Virus record (IMG/VR): IMGVR_UViG_3300048908_000128
Span: 1 to 20,007 of that record
From: a virus
DNA: 20,007 nt
Direction: 5' to 3' (one strand)
Shown here: positions 13,714 to 20,007 of the stretch, in pieces
How the letters are laid out: each line of letters starts with the position of its first letter
Position numbering within the stretch: the first letter of the stretch is position 1
The notes under the pieces: model-generated
The model's database searches: none
Told to the model about the DNA's origin: nothing
What the model saw: the letters and a program-made list of their open reading frames with translations, nothing else
Position numbers and translations under genes: made by a program

Positions 13714-14979
13714 TCACTTACTCGACTTGACGGCGTCGCGGGCCGCGGCGACGAGATCCTCGGCGCCGGCGACCGGGGCGGGCAGGGCGAGCACGCTGAA
13801 CGTGTCGGGTGCCGTGTTCAGGGTCGCCTCGAAACCGGCGTAGCCGACGAGCTGGCCGAGCACGTCGGGCTCGTCGACGGCGAGAAAACCGTCGAGATCT
13901 TCGTAATACTCGACGAGCGCCCCGCGGCCGATGATGCCCGTTCCCGGCGGGAAATACGGATCGACAACGGCCTTGAAACCGCCGATCGTGCCGCCGATCA
14001 CGCCGGGCTCGAGCCCGGGCCAGCTCGGCACCCCGTTGGAGCTGAGCTGCCCGCCGAGCTCGGCCCACACGTCGACCGACAGCCAGAACGTGTCCGGGAA
14101 TCCGAGCGGCTTGCCGGCCTGCAGCGGGGTCGCGGCCGCGTCGAACAGCACTTTGCGCACCGTGGCCGGGTTCCAATCGGCGACGGGTACGCTCGCGTTG
14201 TTCGTCAGCGACGCGAGAAACGCCGTCACGGCATCTTCGTCGGATTCCTGCGCGTAGATATTCGCGAAATCCTCGGCGACGATCTGCATGATCCCGGGCT
14301 GCGACCACTTGATATCCTGCCGGGAAATGTTCAGGTGCCCGGCGAGGGTCGTCGCGGCCACGGGCAGCTTGCCGAGCAGCAATTTCTGCGACGCGGTGAG
14401 ATCCTTCTCCTGCGCCTGTTTGCCGACGGCGACATGCTGGGTGACGACGGGCCGGTCGAATGCCATCGCCGTCAGCGGCCGGCGGGCGACCGACTGCACG
14501 AATGGCCGGTTTGCGTCGATCAGGTTGATGACCGGCTGCACGATCGGGCGGGGGATGATGCCGGGGTTGTCGGCGGTCGTCTGATGCGCGGTCGCGCGTT
14601 CGATCAGCTCGAGCGCTTCCCGGTCGCCGCGCATGGCACGGCCGGCGGCGACGAGATAGTGCCCGACGGTCGGGAATGCCTCGCGCATGATCGCGTCGGG
14701 GTCGGCCGGCCGGTCGGCGACGACGACCCGCTCGACACGGGTCGGCTGTCCGCCGAAACGCGATCGCAGTGTCGCGACGCGGCCGCGCTGCTCTTCGATG
14801 CCGGCGTGATATTCGATCGACGCCTGCAGCTCGGCGGCGTGCGTGTTGTCGCGTTCGATCAGCGCGTTTTCGTCGGCGGTCAGATCGCGGTTTTCCGCGG
14901 CCGCACGCTCGAGCACGGCGTCGACGCCGTCGATCAGTTCGTCGTATTCCGACGTGAGACGGTCAAGATAAACGCCCAT
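13714..14979 (-). CDS. Major capsid protein, HK97 fold, with an N-terminal coiled-coil (delta/scaffold-like) segment, 421 aa
   Basis: It follows the prohead protease. ATG with GGGAGGG SD. The helical N-terminus of about 100 aa is followed by a body typical of HK97-family capsid proteins. Confidence 0.85.
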   Translation of the reverse strand: MGVYLDRLTSEYDELIDGVDAVLERAAAENRDLTADENALIERDNTHAAELQASIEYHAGIEEQRGRVATLRSRFGGQPTRVERVVVADRPADPDAIMREAFPTVGHYLVAAGRAMRGDREALELIERATAHQTTADNPGIIPRPIVQPVINLIDANRPFVQSVARRPLTAMAFDRPVVTQHVAVGKQAQEKDLTASQKLLLGKLPVAATTLAGHLNISRQDIKWSQPGIMQIVAEDFANIYAQESDEDAVTAFLASLTNNASVPVADWNPATVRKVLFDAAATPLQAGKPLGFPDTFWLSVDVWAELGGQLSSNGVPSWPGLEPGVIGGTIGGFKAVVDPYFPPGTGIIGRGALVEYYEDLDGFLAVDEPDVLGQLVGYAGFEATLNTAPDTFSVLALPAPVAGAEDLVAAARDAVKSSK

Positions 14980-15017
14980 AGCGGGCCCTCCCAGTCAAAG
15001 ATGATGAGTCTTTGGCC

Positions 15018-15094
15018 GGGTGTCTGGTCCCACTCGCCCCGGGGTGTCGGCTCTCAGGCCGGGTGTCCGGTGACGGTCGCCAGGGTGTCGGCTC
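15018..15094. repeat. Four copies of GGGTGTC (minus strand GACACCC) at 15018, 15042, 15061 and 15083. Two of them extend to the exact 12-mer GGGTGTCGGCTC.
   Basis: Read directly in the 132-nt protease-capsid intergenic region. Spacings are 24, 19 and 22 nt. Confidence 0.8.
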
Positions 15095-15111
15095 GCGTTG
15101 TTGCGGTCAGG

Positions 15112-15684
15112 TTAGCGTGCTGTGCGCAGCGCGTCTAGTCTCGCCCGGGCGGCATCCAGCAGCGGGGTTGCCGGCGGGGTAAGCATTTCGTGATCGCGGG
15201 CGACGAGCACGCCGGCGCCGGCGTATTGCGGCGACCGGGTCGCGGCGACGTGATTCAGGCCGGCCTGCATCCTGATCGTGACGTCGCGGCCGCCCCGTGT
15301 TTCCCGGCGCGACTTGTATGCGCGGGCGCCGACCGACCAACCGGTCAGCTCGCCCGAGCGTGCTTCTTCGGCTTGTGGGTGCGACCGGTTCAACCGGAAT
15401 GCCGGATACAGGCCGTCGTCGAATTCCTCGAGCGCGACGCATCGGCCGAGATACCGGTCGCCGTCGTCGCCGGCGTGCCCGAGCATGAGATTAATCCACA
15501 AGCCCCCTTTGGACACGTCGCGGGCGAACGCGCCCCGCTCGAATTCCTCGAAATAGAACGTTTCGCCGTCGTCGCTGACGGCCGTTTCGACGCCGTAGGG
15601 CACGGCGAGCCCGCGCACGGTCCAACCGTCGCCGATCGGCTCGAGCGGCACGGGTAGGGCACGGGTGATAAACAGCTCAGACAT
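15112..15684 (-). CDS. Prohead maturation protease, HK97 (S78) family, 190 aa
   Basis: Contains LMLGHAGD (His), GWSVGA (Ser) and LAVPYGV... elements and lies between the portal and capsid genes. The ATG at 15684 with a GGAG SD is preferred over the TTG at 15699. Confidence 0.8.
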   Translation of the reverse strand: MSELFITRALPVPLEPIGDGWTVRGLAVPYGVETAVSDDGETFYFEEFERGAFARDVSKGGLWINLMLGHAGDDGDRYLGRCVALEEFDDGLYPAFRLNRSHPQAEEARSGELTGWSVGARAYKSRRETRGGRDVTIRMQAGLNHVAATRSPQYAGAGVLVARDHEMLTPPATPLLDAARARLDALRTAR

Positions 15685-16963
15685 TCGCGGTCGCTCCAAT
15701 CGCCTGCAGGTTGGTCTGTGTGATGATCTGCTGTGCCGCGGCGACGACGTCGTCGGCGGTCTGATCGGTTGTCTCGGGCCGGCGTGCGGTCTGCGCCGGC
15801 GTCGGCAGCGGCGGATACCCGAGCTTTGCCCGGATCTCGTCGACCGTGAACACGCCCGCGCCGGCGTACCCGGTCAGGATCTCCATCGTCGATTTCGCGT
15901 CGGCCCGCATCCTCGAGTCGTAATCCCAGACGACCGACGTGCCGCCCGGCATAAGCCATTTCGTCATCGCCTCAGTGAGCGGCCGCATCCAGCGGTCGGC
16001 ACTGTCGCGCACGAAATCGATATCGCCCGTTTCGACGTTCTGATATGTCATCGTCGGGCCGTCGAGACCCAATTTCCACGGCGGCACGCCCACGGCGTTC
16101 GCCGTCATGTGCGCGTTCCATTTGCGCGCGTCGACGAGCTGCGCCTGTTCCGCGTTGCCCACGATCGGCAGCAGCGTCGTACCCGACGGCAGCACGACCG
16201 GCTCGCGGGTGAGCACGATATCCCGCCATTTCTGTTTCAGCTCGTCGGCCTGTTCCTGTTTCACGACGCCGCCGGCGGCGATCACGGCCGGCGGCAGCGC
16301 GCCGGCGGCGAACGTGTCGCGGCTGTACGATTCGGCGGCGAGATCGCCGGCGAGCGAATCGGCGTACTGCTGCAGCACCCCACGCCCGAGTAGCTGCCCC
16401 GATCGGGCGCCGAATGACACGTGAAACACTTCATCGGGGCTGAGAGTGATCCCGCCGATCACCCATGCATACGTCCCGTCGGGGTCGACCTGCAGCCACA
16501 CCTGATCGACGGGCAGCGGCACGAGCCAGCCGGGCCGGCCCGTGCGCCAGTCCAGATCCCCCTTTAGGGCAACATGGTTGCCGTAGAGTATCCCGTCCTC
16601 GGCGGCCGCCCAGCGATACCCCCACAGCGTCGACAACGGGTCAGGGTCGGTCACGATCGACGGCTGATCGGGCAGCGGAATCGCGATCCCGAGATCCCGG
16701 TCGAACCGGCGCGCATACCATTCCGTCGACGCGGCCGCATTCGCCAGCAGCGCGACCGCCCGCCCGAATGGCGGGTAGCCGAGCGCGTCGGATTCCGTCG
16801 CCGGCTGCACGGTCGGAATCAGCGGCGGGTCGGTCGTCGTCAGCGTCAGCAACGCCTGCCGGGTGAGCCGGCCCGGCAGCGCCGGCCGGGCGAGCTGCTG
16901 CAGGGCGGCCGACCCGCGCAGCCGGTTACGGGCATAGGACAGTGCTACATCGCGACTCGCCAC
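15677..16963 (-). CDS. Portal protein, 428 aa
   Basis: Size and position directly after TerL. GTG start preceded by GAGG. Confidence 0.8.
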   Translation of the reverse strand: MASRDVALSYARNRLRGSAALQQLARPALPGRLTRQALLTLTTTDPPLIPTVQPATESDALGYPPFGRAVALLANAAASTEWYARRFDRDLGIAIPLPDQPSIVTDPDPLSTLWGYRWAAAEDGILYGNHVALKGDLDWRTGRPGWLVPLPVDQVWLQVDPDGTYAWVIGGITLSPDEVFHVSFGARSGQLLGRGVLQQYADSLAGDLAAESYSRDTFAAGALPPAVIAAGGVVKQEQADELKQKWRDIVLTREPVVLPSGTTLLPIVGNAEQAQLVDARKWNAHMTANAVGVPPWKLGLDGPTMTYQNVETGDIDFVRDSADRWMRPLTEAMTKWLMPGGTSVVWDYDSRMRADAKSTMEILTGYAGAGVFTVDEIRAKLGYPPLPTPAQTARRPETTDQTADDVVAAAQQIITQTNLQAIGATANV

Positions 16964-16977
16964 GGGGACGCCTCATC

Positions 16978-18558
16978 TCAGAACACATAGAAATGGCTAG
17001 GTTCCGGCGCGCGTCCCAGCGCCCATGCCGACAGGGTAGCGCTCATCACCCCGGTTGCGGGAATAGGCCCGCGTCGTTCCCACTGCCAACTTTTGCCGGT
17101 CGTGCGTTGCACGCCGGCGACGCTGCGTGTCAGGGTCGCGTGATGATCGGACGCCCGCACCCGCAGCCCGCCGGCGCGTAACCGGGCATCCCACGCGAAA
17201 CACGCGGCGGCGAGATCCTGCGCGCCGATGCGCACGAGCTTGCCGGCGACGTCGGGATCGGCCTCGAGCTGCAGGATCAGATCGTGCCCGGGCCCGTAAT
17301 CGTCTATGCCGATCGCGACGACGCCGGCGGCGAGATCCCGCACCCGCTGCGCGACCCACGCCGAGCCGGGCCGGTCGTCGATCGTTTCCTGCAGCAGCCC
17401 GTCACGGCCCGGGTCGCCGGTTGTCGCGGTGATCGTCGACACGCGATCGTAAGGGTCGATATCGACGCCGATCGCCGCCGGCGACTCGGCCGGCAGCTCG
17501 ACGTCGTCGACGTCGACGGCCGCGGCATCCCAGCTCGCCCGGGCGATCGTCGACCATAGCGGCATCGTTTGCCCGCTGCCGGGCCACTTCCCGAAATACT
17601 CGGCGGCGAATGATTCGTCGCCGAGCCGGTCACGGTCGGCGCGTAATTCTTCGATGCGGATAATGCCGTCGGCGAGGGCCGGGTAGTAATCCCACCATGA
17701 CGATTCGTCGTCGAGATCGAACGTGTCGGGCACCGTGAACTCGAAATAGGCTGTGCCGGTCGTCGCGCCGGCGTCGACGGTCGCGCGGCCGCGTTCCATC
17801 ATTTCCCATAGCGCCGTCTGTTCGTTGTTCAGGATCGACACGTTCGACACGCGCCATATCTGCCCGTGCCCGCGCGCGTCGCCGAGCGTCGGGCCGGCGG
17901 CCGCCATGAGATCCTGACCGACCGTGCGCGTGAACACAAGAAATTCGTCGAATGTCAGGTGCATGATCCCGTCACCCCGCACGCTCGAGCGGGTCGGCGC
18001 GAAAACGCTGATCGACGACGCGCGCGGCCAGCGCCAGTCTTTGCCGGCCGTGCGCGGGTCGATCAGCAGCCCGGTATCGCCGATCGATTCGCGCAGCTTC
18101 ACCCCGGCCCGCCACACGGCCGGGGACATGCTTTCCCGGTACGGTTCGACGAGATCTTTCATGAACCGCTGCCGCGCTTTGACGAGATTCTGCGCGGTGT
18201 GCGCGCCGACGAATGGCATGATGCGGCCCGTGTCGAGCGTCACGGGCCCGGCGAGCGACCGGGCCAGCGGCACGCCCATTGTCGTCACACTTTTGCCGCA
18301 GCGCCGGCCGACGATCGCGTCGATATTCGCGTAGGCGAATGGCGAGCCGGGCCCGTCGACCCGCTCGAGGGCGACGTCGAGCATGTATTGCTGCCAGCGG
18401 GTCGGGATGCGGCCGAGCTTTGCCGCGATCGCCGCCCCATAGAGTCGGCCGTCACTGTACCTGTGCGGGCTGCGTTTCGTCCGGTATTGCGGCAGGATCG
18501 GCTGCCCGCTCGAGCTGTGCGAGATACTGCCCGATGCGTGCCAGCTCGAATTCGACAA
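16978..18558 (-). CDS. terL: Terminase large subunit, 526 aa (TTG start, overlapping the upstream gene by 107 nt)
   Basis: Walker A-like GRRCGKS, Walker B-like LTFDEFLVF and C-terminal nuclease-type acidic motifs (IGVDIDP, IGIDDYG). The only canonical start upstream of the conserved RWQQYMLD segment is the TTG at 18558. Confidence 0.9.
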   Translation of the reverse strand: MSNSSWHASGSISHSSSGQPILPQYRTKRSPHRYSDGRLYGAAIAAKLGRIPTRWQQYMLDVALERVDGPGSPFAYANIDAIVGRRCGKSVTTMGVPLARSLAGPVTLDTGRIMPFVGAHTAQNLVKARQRFMKDLVEPYRESMSPAVWRAGVKLRESIGDTGLLIDPRTAGKDWRWPRASSISVFAPTRSSVRGDGIMHLTFDEFLVFTRTVGQDLMAAAGPTLGDARGHGQIWRVSNVSILNNEQTALWEMMERGRATVDAGATTGTAYFEFTVPDTFDLDDESSWWDYYPALADGIIRIEELRADRDRLGDESFAAEYFGKWPGSGQTMPLWSTIARASWDAAAVDVDDVELPAESPAAIGVDIDPYDRVSTITATTGDPGRDGLLQETIDDRPGSAWVAQRVRDLAAGVVAIGIDDYGPGHDLILQLEADPDVAGKLVRIGAQDLAAACFAWDARLRAGGLRVRASDHHATLTRSVAGVQRTTGKSWQWERRGPIPATGVMSATLSAWALGRAPEPSHFYVF

Positions 18559-18850
18559 TTTCGGGCGCCTCTTCTATCACAGGTTCCGGCAGCTTTGCCT
18601 CGGCGGCGAGCATCTGCGCGTATAGCTGCGCTTTCGCGATCCCCTTTGCGCGCGGCACTTCCGATGCGAGATCGATCACGGTCGCACAGATCATTTCGTG
18701 CCACGGCTGCACGGCGCCGGCCGCGCGGCGAGCAGCGATCGACGCCCGCGCGGCGTCGACGAGCGTGCCCGACGCGCCGGCGCCGGCATCCGGCGACTCG
18801 AGCCCGGGCAGCGTCGGCTGCTCGTCATACATGCGCACATTGTGCAACAC
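18452..18850 (-). CDS. Putative terminase small subunit, about 126-132 aa
   Basis: Assigned by position immediately upstream of TerL, by size and by helical character. The start is ambiguous (GTG 18850 or ATG 18832). Confidence 0.45.
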   Translation of the reverse strand: MLHNVRMYDEQPTLPGLESPDAGAGASGTLVDAARASIAARRAAGAVQPWHEMICATVIDLASEVPRAKGIAKAQLYAQMLAAEAKLPEPVIEEAPEIVEFELARIGQYLAQLERAADPAAIPDETQPAQVQ

Positions 18851-18906
18851 GCCGGCCGGCGCCCGGGCGAATTGTGGATAACTCGAGAGTCAGCCGGCCG
18901 AAACGA

Positions 18907-19098
18907 TCAATCGACGGCCGGGTAGCCGAAACAGTCGCACATATCGCATGACAGCACGGCGCCGGCCGGATCGGGCGGCCCGTCGTCGAACCGGCGCCGG
19001 ATCAGCCGGCCGCCCGAGTGCGGGCAGATTCCGCGCAGCAGCGCGGCATGCTCGAACGCGGCCCATTCCGCGCGCTGCTCGTCGCCGGCATCTGTCAT
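18907..19098 (-). CDS. Small Cys/His-rich protein, 63 aa
   Basis: The ATG at 19098 forms an ATGA overlap. Contains ICPHSGG...SCDMCDC. Confidence 0.55.
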   Translation of the reverse strand: MTDAGDEQRAEWAAFEHAALLRGICPHSGGRLIRRRFDDGPPDPAGAVLSCDMCDCFGYPAVD

Positions 19099-19319
19099 TG
19101 CGGCCGCCGGCCGAATGCGTCGCGGTCGGTCGGGTCGGGCAGCATGACGACGTGCTGCCCGAGCGGCAGGGGTGCGTCGGGGTGCCGCGTCACGAAATGC
19201 GCGGCCCATGCCAGCGCCGAGACATGGCCGGCCGGCAGGTCGACGTCAGTCTCGGCGGTGCCGACCGCCCCGCACAGGGTACACATGACGATCGCCGCGG
19301 TCGGCTCGTCGCCGGTCAT
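19095..19319 (-). CDS. Small CxxC...HxxxxH protein, 74 aa
   Basis: The ATG at 19319 forms an ATGA overlap. Contains MCTLCG...HFVTRH. Confidence 0.55.
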   Translation of the reverse strand: MTGDEPTAAIVMCTLCGAVGTAETDVDLPAGHVSALAWAAHFVTRHPDAPLPLGQHVVMLPDPTDRDAFGRRPQ

Positions 19320-19576
19320 TGCTGCCCGCCGGCGAGCTGCAGGTGCATGCGTGCGCAGGGCAGGCACAGCACGACGAGCCGGTCGACGTCGACGCCGATC
19401 GCCGGCCGGCCGTGATCGTCGAGCGGGGCGCCCGGCGCCCGCCACACGTCGCGGCCGCACTCGGCACACGGCACGACCGTCGACCCGGCGACGACGTCGT
19501 CGTCGCCCCATGCCGTCGGCAGGCAGGCGAGCACGGCGTCGTCGTCGGTCAGATTCACGCGCAGCACGGCGCCCAC
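19316..19576 (-). CDS. Small zinc-ribbon-like protein (CAEC...CLPC), 86 aa
   Basis: GTG start, high GC3 and two CxxC pairs. Confidence 0.6.
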   Translation of the reverse strand: MGAVLRVNLTDDDAVLACLPTAWGDDDVVAGSTVVPCAECGRDVWRAPGAPLDDHGRPAIGVDVDRLVVLCLPCARMHLQLAGGQQ

Positions 19577-19580
19577 GGTA

Positions 19581-19898
19581 TCAGCGCGGCAGCCTGCCGA
19601 TCCGCTCGAGCAGCACGTCGAGAAATCTCGGATCGGCGCGGCCGGCGAGCCCCAGCAGCTCGGAGATCAGCGCGGCCGCCCCGTCGACATTCAGCAGATA
19701 CAGCGTGTCGCTGTGCTCGCGGGTGTGATTGATCCGGCCGCTCAGCTCGAGGGCGATCGTCGTTTCGATGCCGTCCGGGCGAAACGCGCCGACGATCGCG
19801 ACGGTCGAATCGGCGAGCAGCACGGCGCCCGTCGTATCGATCAGCGCGTCGTCGCGCCCGAATGCCGAGCCGCCGATGATCCTACCCACGGCGCCCAC
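19581..19898 (-). CDS. Hypothetical 105-aa protein, the first gene of the long minus-strand operon
   Basis: GTG start, high GC3 and protein-like composition. Confidence 0.6.
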   Translation of the reverse strand: MGAVGRIIGGSAFGRDDALIDTTGAVLLADSTVAIVGAFRPDGIETTIALELSGRINHTREHSDTLYLLNVDGAAALISELLGLAGRADPRFLDVLLERIGRLPR

Positions 19899-19923
19899 GG
19901 TAACGGATGCCGGCGGCCGGCGC

Positions 19924-19939
19924 CGGATGCCGGCATCCG
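19924..19939. promoter_or_regulatory. 16-bp perfect palindrome CGGATGCCGGCATCCG just upstream of the first minus-strand gene
   Basis: Read directly. CGGATGCCGGC is also repeated at 19904-19914. Confidence 0.4.
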
Positions 19940-19984
19940 CCGGCGCGTCAGGCTCGAGCCCGGCGCGGCCCGTTTTTTGTTTGC

Positions 19985-20007
19985 CTGATCGGGTAAAAAC
20001 GGGCCCG
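19985..20007. repeat. Terminal direct repeat, copy 2 (identical to 1-23)
   Basis: Exact 23-nt identity with the window start. Confidence 0.9.

Noticed and set aside
13651-15138. Very long plus-strand ORFs opposite the structural genes, for example 13651..15138 (495 aa), 10043..11242 (399 aa), 17866..18951 (361 aa), 4352..5203 and 761..1507
   Set aside because: Their Arg/Pro/Gly/Ala-rich, low-complexity translations are typical of antisense frames in high-GC DNA. Each lies opposite a minus-strand ORF with recognisable motifs, SD sequences and start-stop coupling.
16418-16428. CACGTGAAACA, an exact match to the right half of the canonical parS consensus
   Set aside because: The left half does not match (11 of 16 positions overall). 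It is a single copy inside the portal gene, so most likely chance.
1-20007. Search for CRISPR arrays, tRNA/tmRNA, rRNA, transposase or IS ends, and integrase/att sites
   Set aside because: I saw no regularly spaced repeat array, tRNA-like cloverleaf signatures, transposase- or integrase-like ORFs, or IS-type terminal inverted repeats.

Overview
The window is one complete, very GC-rich tailed-phage (siphovirus-type) genome or prophage-like element. Bases 1-23 are identical to 19985-20007, so the unique unit is 19,984 bp and the contig closes on itself, either circular or circularly permuted and terminally redundant. An Lsr2-like gene and the GC content point to an actinobacterial host.

All convincing genes but one lie on the minus strand. 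Many use 4-nt ATGA/GTGA stop-start overlaps. Reading the minus strand from the junction, the order is:
- four small proteins, three of them Cys/His-rich
- TerS-like, TerL, portal, HK97-type prohead protease, HK97-fold major capsid protein
- head-tail adaptor, terminator-like protein, putative major tail protein, HK97-gp10-like protein
- tail assembly chaperone with a CCCAAAA -1 frameshift site, tape measure, two minor tail proteins, an 84-aa protein
- M23-peptidase lysin with a C-terminal TM helix, four small proteins (two Cys-rich, one TM)
- about 700 bp of structured non-coding DNA (3806-4511)
- a 67-aa protein, a tandem double wHTH DNA-binding protein, a 92-aa acidic protein, HNH endonuclease, ParB/Srx-superfamily (DGQHR motif) protein, Lsr2-like protein and a 64-aa protein

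A single plus-strand gene (312-668) converges on this last operon across a 30-bp perfect hairpin. I saw no integrase, DNA polymerase, primase, helicase, tRNA, rRNA or CRISPR array.

The most interesting signals are at nucleotide level:
1. A family of overlapping palindromes built from alternating GTCAC/GTGAC pentamers (CGTCACGTGACG and GTGACGTCAC). It is concentrated in three places: 663-763, 3565-3627 and inside the chaperone gene at 11889-11965.
2. The repeat-rich, hairpin-rich non-coding block at 3806-4511.
3. Four GGGTGTC repeats between the protease and capsid genes.
4. A symmetric repeat and terminator arrangement at the genome junction.

All functional calls rest on reading the translated ORFs, motifs and synteny. 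No database search was possible.
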